From Histomonas meleagridis 2922-C6/04-290x (Eukaryota > Protista > Parabasalia): a stretch of DNA of 64,000 bases. The DNA lies in contig JAANOX010000004.1 of assembly GCA_020184695.1 (NCBI GenBank), forward strand, positions 186,001-250,000. Reading direction: 5' to 3'. Position numbers and translations under genes: made by a program. How positions within the stretch are numbered: position 1 is the first letter of the stretch; every line of letters begins with the position of its first letter. The notes beneath the pieces were generated by a model. It was given only the letters and a program-made list of their open reading frames with translations, made no database searches and was not told where the DNA came from. This document shows positions 23,187 through 36,200 of this stretch, piece after piece.

Positions 23187-25878
23187 TTAACTAATTTGAA
23201 TTCCTTTTTGTTCAAACAATTTTATTATTTCTGTATGACCTTTTTCACATGCATAACCGAATGCTGTTTTAGATAATATAAATAATTTCCAAATATTATT
23301 TTAATATCCAAAATAATTGGAAAAAATATTATATATAATAAAAAAATATCTTCAGCATTAACATCAATTTCTTTTTGTTCTAGAAGTAATTTAACTATTT
23401 CTGTACGTCCTTTTATTGAAGCTAAAATAAGTGCTGTTTGAGATATTAATAATAATTACCAAACAGATTTTTGATACATTAAATTCTTGAAAGTAAAATA
23501 TAATAAAACAAAATAACAGATTTAGAATTGATAATAATTCCTTCTTGTTCAAGTAGTAATTTGACTATATCAGTATTACCTTTTTTAGAAGCCCACATAA
23601 ATATTGTTTCAAATATTTAGATGAATTTCCAAACATTATTTTTATGCATGAAATCAATAAAACAAGCTTTAAATAAAATAAATAAAAATTACGAGAATTA
23701 ATATCAACTCTTTTTTGCTCAAGAAACAATTGAACTATTTTTGTATAACCTTTTTTCACAGCGATATTAAATGCAGTTTCAAATTATTTTTAAAAAATCC
23801 AAATATTACTTTGAAATAGAAATTTTTCTTTATAAAAATTAAATAAAGAATAAAAATATTTTTAGCATTAATAGATATTTCTTTTCTAGCAAGAAGTGAT
23901 TTGACTATTTCTATGTTACCACTTTTAGTTGCCATCATTAACGCTGTTTCAAATTATATGAATAACTTTGAAATACTATTTTGAAATATTAAAATATTTC
24001 ATACAACTAATAAATCAAATATACATTAGAGCTATTTACATTAATTCCATTTTGTTCAAGAAGTAATTTAACTATTTCAGAATAACCATTTTTACATGCA
24101 CAAATAAGTGGTGTATAAAATAATTTAAACAATTTCCAAATATTATTTTGAAATTTGAAATTAATAATATAATTTACAAATAAAGCAAATAAAAACAAAT
24201 AGTATTAAAATCAATTCCTATTTGTTCAAGAAGTATTTTGACGATTTCTTTGTATCCTTTTTCTGATGCATATAGAAGTGCTGTCTTAAATATTTTTAAT
24301 AATTTCCAAATATTATTTTGAAATCCAAAATTATTTTCATAAATTTGATACAAAACAAATGAATATTTTTTGCATTAATATCGATTTCTTTTTGTGCAAG
24401 AAGCAATTTGACTGTTTCTATATAGCCATTGTTAGATGCATATATAAGTGCTGTTTCAAAGAATTTAAATAATTTTTAAATGTTATTTTGAAATTAAAAA
24501 TTATTACAATAAACATGAAATTAAACAAAATAAAGATTTTTCGCATTAATATCAATTCCTTTTTGTTCAAGAAGTAATTTAACTATGTCTGTATAACCAC
24601 TTCTAGATGCAAAAATAAGTGCTGTATCAAATAATTTAAATAATTTCCAAATATTACTTTGAAATATAAAATTATTAGAATGATTTACATTCAAAACAAA
24701 CAAATATCTTTAGCATTAATATAAATTCCTTTCTGCTCAAGAATATATTCAACAAGTTCAACATTTCTTGATTCCACAGAGGTAAACAAAGCACCTTTTG
24801 GAATTGGATTATTTTGTATAAAATATTTGGTGATATATAGGTTTCCAAGTTTTTCTGATTCGGTTATAATAAAATCATCAATTTTCATTCCTAATTCTTC
24901 TAAATATGAAAAAATTTTATAATTCCCATTTTTTATACAAATGTATCCTAAATTAATAGCATAAGTATTTAATTTTTCGAGTTTATTTTCATAAATATAT
25001 TTAAAGACATCATTTCGATGAAATATAATTGCAGTTTCATATGTATTTTCAAATTTAGAATGATTTTGTTCACATAAATGAATGATCTCTAAGTTTCCAC
25101 CTGCAATTGCATATTTACATGTATTTTCTATATTAGCACCATTCACAAGTAAATGTTTAAAACATTTAACTGATGAAAAAAATGCTGCATAATCAATTAA
25201 TGTTACATTAAATTGATTAATAAAATCACATCTTTCATAAAGTGATGGCTCAATTATTTGATTAAAATCAAAATTTGTTTGTGATGAAATTTCTTGAAGT
25301 TTTTCGATTTCATCATTTCGAATTATTTTTGCTATTTCATTCGGATTAAAACCTTCTCTAATTAACACCCATTCAATATTATCATGTCTTTCAAAGGTTT
25401 GATATGCATCATCAATTAAATTACCAACTTGAATATTTTCAAAGACATCATTTAAAGTAACACCACTAAATTCATCATGAAATTTTCTAGTTCTTACAAA
25501 CAAACTTACATGAATATCATGTCTTATTTCTTTTGTTATGTTTATATTTTTTTCAATCAAATTTGCAAGAATATAATATGATTCATTTTTGTTTTTTTGA
25601 AGAAGAAATTGGATAAAAGCATCAAATATTTTTGTTTTATTATTGTTGGCTTTATCAATTTCATTAATAAAATCCAAATATATATCAAAGTCAGTAATTC
25701 TGATAATTAATGCAGAATATATCATTTGGGTAATAACAATGTTAAAAGAGTTTTTAAAATTATCATCAAAGATATCAATTAATGAAAGAGTTGATTGAGA
25801 AATATTTTTCTTTTCTAAACTAAATATAATTTTTTGTGCATGCTGAAGTATATTCAATTCATTTGGCTTTTGATTCAT
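23187..25878 (-). other. DUF3447-ankyrin gene with divergent interrupted array (locus B, 9 spacer-preceded modules)
   Basis: ORF 24691-25896 carries DUF3447 and the first ankyrin repeat; module spacings 171,170,170,167,170,170,170,170; terminal module TAFGYACEKGHTEIIKLFEQKGIQIS-stop. Confidence 0.85.
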
Positions 25879-26594
25879 GAATCTATTGCAAAACAACTAA
25901 TGCCACTTTTTGTATTCTGAAGACAAAACGTATTCTAATAACCACATTCTGATTATGAAATTATTTAAAAATTAAAACATGTGGAGTACAATAAAAATAT
26001 TTTCCCATCTTTTTTACATTTTTTAGTAATCAATCTTTATATGACAATATTTAGATTTAAAAAAAAATTAGATTATAGTTGAAAAATTAAAATAAAACGA
26101 CAAATGAATTGGAAAATTTCATCATGTTGTTGGAAGCCTTATAACATATGAACAAGATTCTAATTTAAGAAAAAAAGATTATCACATTAAAATATACAAA
26201 TATGATTCTAATTTTTCCTTTAAAGGATTTTTAATGTATATTCAAAATCTATATCCAAACAGTATTACTTTTTAAATTATTTTTTATTGTAAACGTTAAA
26301 ATGGAATTTTAGATATGAATTTAAATGCAATCACCACAAAGCGCATACGATATTACTTTTAGCATTGAGTGAAAACAGATCAATTTAAAAAAATATACGT
26401 TAAAAAAAGTCGGACACGTTTCCTGAAGACAAATTCAGATTGAATTGGTAATAATTTAAGTTTTTGAATTCTTCTTTAGACACATAGAGCATGAAATATA
26501 GATTTTTCTTATCTTTTAATGTTTTTGGATCAATTAATATCTTACACAATTGTACGTTAAACCAATTGACATGTGAAGTAAAAAACTATAACAA

Positions 26595-27449
26595 ATGAAC
26601 CAGTTTTTTCGTCATATTGCTTTTGACCAAAGAATCGAGCAGGTAGGTGTAACAACTTCCAACGGATTTATGATATTTGAGTGTGCTTCATCAGTTGTTC
26701 TGTATGAAGCTAAATTTCCTGATGGTGGTGCTGATCAAATTTCACTTTTAAGTGATTCTAATGTTGTTGTTGTTTCTGGCGATGATTCACCTGATGGTTT
26801 TACTAGAAGCACTGTTGTTCTTTGGGATCGAAACATTGATAAAGTCATGCGATTATTTGATGTTGAAACGCCAGTTCTTGGTCTCGTTCTTCGAGCTGAT
26901 GCTCTTGTAGTTGTTCATGGCGCAACCATTACCTTTTACAATACATGTGATTTTACCCGTTATTGTGTTGTTAATAACCCCACCAATTCCATGAATTGTT
27001 TTTCTTTGGTTCAATCCATTGCAGCCAATCTTGTATCTTATCCATCTGATGACGGGAATCATATTAATTTATGTGATTATCATGATCCCGAATATGTCTT
27101 AGGAACAATCAGTATTTCTACCTCTCGTGTTGTGTGTGTTGAATTTTCACGACAAGGCGAACTTATTGCTATTGTTGTTGATGAAGGTAAAACCATTCTT
27201 CTTTATACATTAACACCACGAATTGAACTCATTGCAACATACCATCGAGGATTTCGTTCTACTGAAGTCACTGGGATAACATTTGACAACTTATCTAATT
27301 ACTTTTTGCTTACATCTAAACGAGGTACTTTGCATGTGTTCGCCGTGCCACCTGCAAATCAGCCTCCTGCACCGAACGTAACGCGCAAATCAAGTTTTAG
27401 CCTAAGAATAGCGAAATCAAGTGCCAATTCGTTGTTGCGGGTTATTTGA
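26595..27449 (+). CDS. WD40 beta-propeller, PROPPIN (Atg18/WIPI)-like
   Basis: TVVLWDRNIDK, YHRG at the FRRG-equivalent position, TSKRGTLHVF; a probable frameshift near the 3' end, with another frame continuing to ~27540. Confidence 0.65.
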   Translation: MNQFFRHIAFDQRIEQVGVTTSNGFMIFECASSVVLYEAKFPDGGADQISLLSDSNVVVVSGDDSPDGFTRSTVVLWDRNIDKVMRLFDVETPVLGLVLRADALVVVHGATITFYNTCDFTRYCVVNNPTNSMNCFSLVQSIAANLVSYPSDDGNHINLCDYHDPEYVLGTISISTSRVVCVEFSRQGELIAIVVDEGKTILLYTLTPRIELIATYHRGFRSTEVTGITFDNLSNYFLLTSKRGTLHVFAVPPANQPPAPNVTRKSSFSLRIAKSSANSLLRVI

Positions 27450-27866
27450 TAATCGGACTGACTTTGAATGGCGTCTTGAAGCAGATGAGATTAGGTATCG
27501 AAAGAAAGGCAATTTTGCCTGTGTCAGAAAAAGCAAATTGACATTTCTTAGTGTCTTTAGTTTGATTGTTAGTAATGACTGAAATTAAAGAATATATTTT
27601 TAAACATTTGTTTTTATATGTGTTCGCTTATCCGTTACTTATTTCAGAATTAATTTTCATTATTTTTTTCTTTCTTTGTAAAATAAAACACTAAAAATTT
27701 AATTGAAATACAATATGTATTTGCATATGATTTGGTGTTGTTTGAAGTTACAAAATACTTCGTTAGATAAATCAAATGTTGCAGTATAAACTGAATACCA
27801 ATTTTTTTGACTCAAATTTGCAATCGAGCTCGATAAATTTGGAATATTAACGGTCACCAGCATAAA

Positions 27867-29322
27867 ATGGATAAAAAAATGATGAAAAAAAGAAGATCCA
27901 AAAATTATTTCTTGAAGAATTTGTTTCAACATTACATTTAGTTAGCGAAAAAATAAAAGAAAAATCAGAATATTTAATAGAAGAAGAATTTAATGTTGAA
28001 AAAGAAATTCAAAATTATCAAAACAAAATTATTCATATAATTCAACGCGAAAAAGAACTTCAAATATATGCAGACGAAATTATTAATATTAAAAAAGAAT
28101 TTCAAAAATTAATCAAAACTGAACGAACTAAAATTCGAGAAAAAATTGAAACACTTGAAGAACATCGAAAAGAATTATTAAATCAACGAGAAGAAACACA
28201 AGAAAAAATATAAATATTATCAAGAACAAGAAAAAGAACTTATTAATATCCAAAAGCAACACAATGAAATCGGAAAAGGAAACGAAACATTATCAATATC
28301 TCAAACAAATGAAAATTTCATAAATTTTACTAATATTCAACAACTAATTCAAAAAAATATTCACGAATGTCAAATGAAATAACAAATCAAGAATATGAAT
28401 TAAATCATTATGCAAACAAATATAAAGAAATGAAATTTTTATATGAAACTCAACGAAAACGATATGAAAAAGAAAAAGAAAAATATTTTCATGATATTCA
28501 AACACTTCAAACACTCGAAAATCACGAAAAGAAATGTCTAGAAGAGATTAATAAACGAAATGAAGAATATCAAATAATAATTAATCACGAAATTCAAAAA
28601 AACTTAAAGAAATGCGAAGAATAATGCGACAAGAAAAAGAAGACATTCGAAAGCGACGAGCAGAAAACGACGAAAAAGAAACGAAAATAAAACGAGAACA
28701 AAAGAAAGCACATCAAAACGAAATTGAAAGATATTGTAAAAGATTAATAGGAACGGAAATCAAACGAATTCGAGGATATTTAAAAGAACTCGAAGTAAAC
28801 AATAAACGACAACAAATCAATATGAAAGCGAAAGAATATTATGATCAGATAAATTTAGCATATTCATATCATAAAGAACTTCAAGGACAACATCGACAAC
28901 ATCTGAAAGAATCGAAAACCAATTTCCAACATGATTCTGAAGAAGAAAACGAACGAAAAGAACTTCAAATGCGAATTCTGAAATTAGATATTGAACGATG
29001 TCTATTAAAACAAGAAGAAAATAATTATGAAATGAAGAAAGATATTCTGAACGAAATTCTTCAAGAAGAAGAAAAGCGAAAATTAAGTTGCATTGAAGGA
29101 CCGCATCGACAAGAAGAAATTTTATATGGGATTGAAAACGTTGTAACATATCAAATGAAACTTTATGAAATTGAAGAAGGAATCGAAACGATTTCAACGA
29201 AATGTCAACAATTAATAGGAAAACTTCAAAACATTCGCCGAAGTCAATATGAAGAAGAATACGAAACATATTTACAACATCTTGAAACTAAAGAATACGA
29301 AATAATTAATGATAAAACATAA
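27867..29322 (+). CDS. Coiled-coil protein (right copy; apparent frameshifts probably homopolymer errors)
   Basis: Reads NVEKEIQNYQNKIIHIIQREKELQIYADEIINIKKEFQKL... and joins ORFs 28367-28624 and 28612-29322 when indels are reconciled with the left copy. Confidence 0.6.
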
Positions 29323-30205
29323 TAACACACAAATGAACAAACATTTTTAAATTCACTATAAGTATATTAAATAAAAGTAAAAATGAAACATTTATATTTA
29401 TACATTTAAGATATTATATGAACATAACAATAAAAATTTTTAACATTTCATTAACCCAAAAAATTCTGCATATAATCGATAACAGAAACATCATTCTCAT
29501 TAATGAGCGCAAATATGACATTCTGTGTTTGAATCATTGAAATTCATAAAACAGAACTATTGTAATATAATGTAATCTTAAAACAAACTCTACTAAGTGT
29601 TCCTTAATATACGGACGAATAAATTCGGTGAATTTCTAATTGCATCAAAAACAACAATCTTTAAATAAATTGGATAATTTCCTTTCTAACTCAGAATACA
29701 TACTTCAAAGTTCTTTTTCTTGGAATACCTTGATTTTTAATCTGTAAATGTTAACGTTGGAAAATAGAGATGCGGTACAACTTATGATGAAGACACCAAT
29801 AAAGTACATGTACGGAATGCAGTCAATTAAGAAAACTTGAACAAGCCAACCATCAGCTTTTAACTAAATCTTTCTCATTATAAATGCTTTAAATCTAAAT
29901 TTTAATTTTAAGTACACTTTTTGTTTGATCATTTACACCATTTTGTAGACACTAAAATGAGAATATTAGAAATACTCACGAAATATCAAAGTTTTTGAAA
30001 AGTGTTGCGATTGTTTTTTGCACTAAAAGTGAATTTCTCCTTCGAACAATTATCCAATAATTGGAAACTTAAATGAATTCAAATAAATAATAAAAAAAAA
30101 TAGGGTAAAATTAATGTTATTATATCTCAATTTTTAATATTGAAACTTTATTGTTTCTTGAGATTTAAATTTAATTGTAGATGAAAAAGTGTCATTTAGT
30201 AAAAA

Positions 30206-33200
30206 ATGAATAATAATTCTTCAACTACAAATAATATAAAAAGAGATAATATTAATATTGAAAGCCACACCATTAGTCTAGAAGAACTTATTTCTCTCAA
30301 ACAATTAATATTTAATTTAACAGAAGAGAATCTTGTTTTTTCAACTCAACAAACAATGAAATTCTTTGATTTAACTTTTCCATATTCATTTAATTATATT
30401 ATAAGTAATTTAGTTTACTTTGCATTTTATTCACAACATAAAGAAATTTCGATTTATGTTAATTATTTACAATTAATTCAAAACGAAGAAGAAATATATA
30501 AAAACATTCCAAAAATCATTGAATTTTTTTGTAAATATATTTCTGAAATTAAATCACAAGAAGCATATTATCTAATTGATAAAATGATTGAATACAATTT
30601 AATCCATAAAGATATTATTAAAAGCATTAAATCAAAATATTTTTCACATTACAGAGGAAAAAAATGAAAACAAAAACGAAAAATTTCATGATAAATTTTA
30701 TAAATATTATAATGATAATTATATCAAACTTTCAAAGAATGATTGGGAACTTCATAAACAATATATTAAAGAAGGTTTTAATCCGAATGAAATAGCAAAA
30801 ATAATTCGAAATGATGAAATCGAAAAACTTCAAGAAATTTCATCACAAACAAATTTTGATTTTAATCAAATAATTGAGCCATCACTTTATGCAAGATGTG
30901 ATTTTATTAATCAATTTAATGTTACATTAATTGATTATGCAGCATTTTTCATCAGTTAAATGTTTTAAACATTTACTTGTGAATGGTGCTAATATAGAAA
31001 ATACATGTAAATATGCAATTGCAGGTGGAAACTTAGAGATCATTCATTTATGTGAACAAAATCATTCTAAATTTGAAAATACATATGAAACTGCAATTAT
31101 ATTTCATCGAAATGATGTCTTTAAATATATTTATGAAAATAAATTGGAAGAAAAATCAGACAATGATTTGATCGTTTATTGTATTAACGGTGGAAATTAT
31201 GAAATTCTTTCATTTTTAGAAGAAAAAGGAATGATAATTAATGATAATATTATTAATGAAACAGCAAAGATTGGAAACTTATATCTTCTTAAACATTTTC
31301 TCAAAAATACAAAAATTTCAAAAAATATTTCAATTTTTGGTATGGAATCAGGTAATGTTGAAATGATTAAATTTCTTCTCGAACAAAATGGAATTGATAT
31401 TAATGCTAAAAGTATTTATTTTAATAATTTAAAATTTCAAAATAATATTTGGAAATTATTTAAATTTTTTCGGACAGCACTTATGTATGCATCTTTTAAT
31501 AATCATATAGAAATGGTTAAATTACTTCTTGAACAAAAAGGAATTGATATTAATGCTAAAGATATTTATTTGTTTTATTTGATATTTATTTTAATAATTT
31601 TTATATTTCAAAATAATATTTGGAAATTCTTTAAATTATTTAATACAGCACTTATGAAAGCATCTTTTAATGGTCATATAGAAATCGTTAAATTACTTCT
31701 TGAACAAGAAGGAATTGATATTAATGCTAAAGATATTTATTTGTTTTATTTAAAATTTATTTTAATAATTTTATATTTAAAAATAATATTTAAAAAATAT
31801 TTTCATTATTCCGAACAGCACTTACATTAGCATCTGAAAATGGTCGTACAGAAATCGTTAAATTACTTCTTGAACAAGAAGGAATTGATATTAATGCTAA
31901 AAATATTTATTTGTTTTATTTAATATTTATTTTAATAATTTTATATTTCAAAATAATATTTGGAAATTATTTAAAATATTTGAAACAGCACTTATGAAAG
32001 CATCTGAAAATGGTCGTACAGAAATCGTTAAATTACTTCTTGAACAAGAAGGAATTGATATTAATGCTAAAGATATTTATTTGTTTTATTTAATATTTAT
32101 TTTAATAATTTGGTAATTCAAAATAATATTTGGAAATTATTTAAATTATTTGAAACAGCACTTATGAAAGCATCTTTTAATGGTCATATAGAAATAGTTC
32201 AATTACTTCTTGAACAAGAAGGAATTGATATTAATGCTAAAGATATTTATTTGTTTTATTTGATATTTATTTTAATAATTTGATATTTCAAAATAATATT
32301 TGGAAATTCTTTAAATTATTTAATACAGCACTTATGAAAGCATCTTTTAATGGTCATATAGAAATAGTTCAATTACTTCTTGAACAAGAAGGAATTGATA
32401 TTAATGCTAAAGATATTTATTTGTTTTATTTGATATTTATTTTAATAATTTGATATTTCAAAATAATATTTGGAAATTATTTAAATTATTTAGAACAGCA
32501 CTTATGAAAGCATCTTTTAATGGTCATATAGAAATAGTTCAATTACTTCTTGAACAAGAAGGAATTGATATTAATGCTAAAGATATTTATTTGTTTTATT
32601 TAAAATTTATTTTAATAATTTTATATTTCAAAATAATATTTAAAAAATATTTTCATTATTCCGAACAGCACTTACATTAGCATCTTTTAATGGTCGTACA
32701 GAAATCGTTAAATTACTTCTTGAACAAGAAGGAATTGATATTAATGCTAAAGATATTTATTTGTTTTATTTAATATTTATTTTAATAATTTGGTAATTCA
32801 AAATAATATTTGGAAATTATTTAAATTATTTGAAACATCACTTATGAAAGCATCTTTTAATGGTCGTACAGAAATCGTTAAATTACTTCTTGAACAAGAA
32901 GGAATTGATATTAATGCTAAAAATATTTATTTGTTTTATTTGAAATTTATTTTAATAATTTTATATTTCAATATAATATTTGGAAATTATTTAAAATATT
33001 TGAAACAGCACTTATGTTTGCATCATTTAAAGGTCATATAGAAATAGTTCAATTACTTCTTGAACAAGAAGGAATTGATATTAATGCTAAAGATATTTAT
33101 TTGTTTTATTTGATATTTATTTTAATAATTTGATATTTCAAAATAATATTTGGAAATTCTTTAAATTATTTAATACAGCACTTATGAAAGCATCTTTTAA

Positions 33201-36200
33201 TGGTCATATAGAAATAGTTCAATTACTTCTTGAACAAGAAGGAATTGATATTAATGCTAAAGATATTTATTTGTTTTATTTGATATTTATTTTAATAATT
33301 TTATATTTCAAAATAATATTTAAAAATATTTTTCATTATTCCGAACAGCACTTACATTAGCATCTTTTAATGGTCGTACAGAAATCGTTAAATTACTTCT
33401 TGAACAAGAAGGAATTGATATTAATGCTAAAGATATTTATTTGTTTTATTTAATATTTATTTTAATAATTTGGTAATTCAAAATAATATTTGGAAATTAT
33501 TTAAATTATTTGAAACATCACTTATGAAAGCATCTTTTAATGGTCGTACAGAAATCGTTAAATTACTTCTTGAACAAGAAGGAATTGATATTAATGCTAA
33601 AGATATTTATTTGTTTTATTTAATATTTATTTTAATAATTTTATATTTCAAAATAATATTTGGAAATTATTTAAATTATTTGAAACAGCACTTATGAAAG
33701 CATCTTTTAATGGTCGTACAGAAATCGTTAAATTACTTCTTGAACAAGAAGGAATTGATATTAATGCTAAAGATATTTATTTGTTTTATTTGATATTTAT
33801 TTTAATAATTTGGTAATTCAAAATAATATTTGGAAATTATTTAAATTATTTGAAACATCACTTATGAAAGCATCTTTTAATGGTCATATAGAAATAGTTC
33901 AATTACTTCTTGAACAAGAAGGAATTGATATTAATGCTAAAGATATTTATTTGTTTTATTTAAAATTTATTTTAATAATTTTATATTTCAATATAATATT
34001 TGGAAATTATTTAAAATATTTGAAACAGCACTTATGTTTGCATCATTTAAAGGTCATATAGAAATAGTTCAATTACTTCTTGAACAAGAAGGAATTGATA
34101 TTAATGCTAAAGATATTTATTTGTTTTATTTAATATTTATTTTAATAATTTGGTAATTCAAAATAATATTTGGAAATTATTTAAATTATTTGAAACAGCA
34201 CTTATGAAAGCATCTTTTAATGGTCATATAGAAATAGTTCAATTACTTCTTGAACAAGAAGGAATTGATATTAATGCTAAAGATATTTATTTGTTTTATT
34301 TGAAATTTATTTTAATAATTTTATATTTCAATATAATATTTGGAAATTATTTAAAATATTTGAAACAGCACTTATGTTTGCATCATTTTAAAGGTCATAT
34401 AGAAATAGTTCAATTACTTCTTGAACAAGAAGGAATTGATATTAATGCTAAAGATATTTATTTGTTTTATTTGATATTTATTTTAATAATTTGATATTTC
34501 AAAATAATATTTGGAAATTCTTTAAATTATTTAATACAGCACTTATGAAAGCATCTTTTAATGGTCATATAGAAATAGTTCAATTACTTCTTGAACAAGA
34601 AGGAATTGATATTAATGCTAAAGATATTTATTTGTTTTATTTGATATTTATTTTAATAATTTTATATTTCAAAATAATATTTAAAAAATATTTTCATTAT
34701 TCCGAACAGCACTTACATTAGCATCTTTTAATGGTCGTACAGAAATCGTTAAATTACTTCTTGAACAAGAAGGAATTGATATTAATGCTAAAGATATTTA
34801 TTTGTTTTATTTAATATTTATTTTAATAATTTGGTAATTCAAAATAATATTTGGAAATTATTTAAATTATTTGAAACATCACTTATGAAAGCATCTTTTA
34901 ATGGTCGTACAGAAATCGTTAAATTACTTCTTGAACAAGAAGGAATTGATATTAATGCTAAAAATATTTATTTGTTTTATTTGAAATTTATTTTTAATAA
35001 TTTTTATATTTCAATATAATATTTGGAAATTATTTAAAATATTTGAAACAGCACTTATGTTTGCATCATTTAAAGGTCATATAGAAATAGTTCAATTACT
35101 TCTTGAACAAGAAGGAATTGATATTAATGCTAAAGATATTTATTTGTTTTATTTAATATTTATTTTAATAATTTGGTAATTCAAAATAATATTTAAAAAA
35201 TATTTTCATTATTCCGAACAGCACTTATGAAAGCATCTTTTAATGGTCATATAGAAATAGTTAAATTACTTCTTGAACAAGAAGGAATTGATATTAATGC
35301 TAAAAATATTTATTTGTTTTATTTGAAATTTATTTTAATAATTTTATATTTCAATATAATATTTGGAAATTATTTAAAATATTTGAAACAGCACTTATGA
35401 AAGCATCTGAAAATGGTCGTACAGAAATCGTTAAATTACTTCTTGAACAAGAAGGAATTGATATTAATGCTAAAGATATTTATTTGTTTTATTTGATATT
35501 TATTTTAATAATTTGGTAATTCAAAATAATATTTGGAAATTATTTAAAATATTTGAAACATCACTTATGAAAGCATCTTTTAATGGTCATATAGAAATAG
35601 TTCAATTACTTCTTGAAAAAGAAGGAATTGATATTAATGTTAAAGATATTTATTTATGTTTAATACTTTAATTCCAAAATAATATTTGGAAATTATTTAA
35701 ATTATTTGAAACAGCACTTATTAAAGCGTGTGTGAGAGATAATACAGAAATAGTTAAATTACTTCTTGAAAAATAAGGAATTGATATTAATGCTAAAGAT
35801 ATTTATTTATGTTTAATACTTTAATTCCAAAATAATATTTGGAAATTATTTAAAATATTTGAAACATCACTTATGAAAGCATCTGAAAATGGTCGTACAG
35901 AAATCGTTAAATTGCTTCTTGAACAAGAAGGAATTGATATTAATGCTAAAGATATTTATTTGTTTTATTTAATATTTATTTTAATAATTTGGTAATTCAA
36001 AATAATATTTGGAAATTATTTAAATTATTTGAAACAGCACTTATGAAAGCATCTTTTAAATGGTCATATAGAAATAGTTCAATTACTTCTTGAACAAGAA
36101 GGAATTGATATTAATGCTAAAGATATTTATTTGTTTTATTTGATATTTATTTTAATAATTTGATATTTCAAAATAATATTTGGAAATTATTTAAATTATT

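Noticed and set aside
23187-24720. Stop-codon reassignment (TAA/TGA read as sense)
   Set aside because: Conserved genes end in TAA (RPL13A, SGT1) or TGA (DDX46, Myb) at expected positions, and reassignment would not fix the frame changes
27400-27545. Truncation of the PROPPIN gene
   Set aside because: A plausible continuation exists in another frame; likely a single indel error
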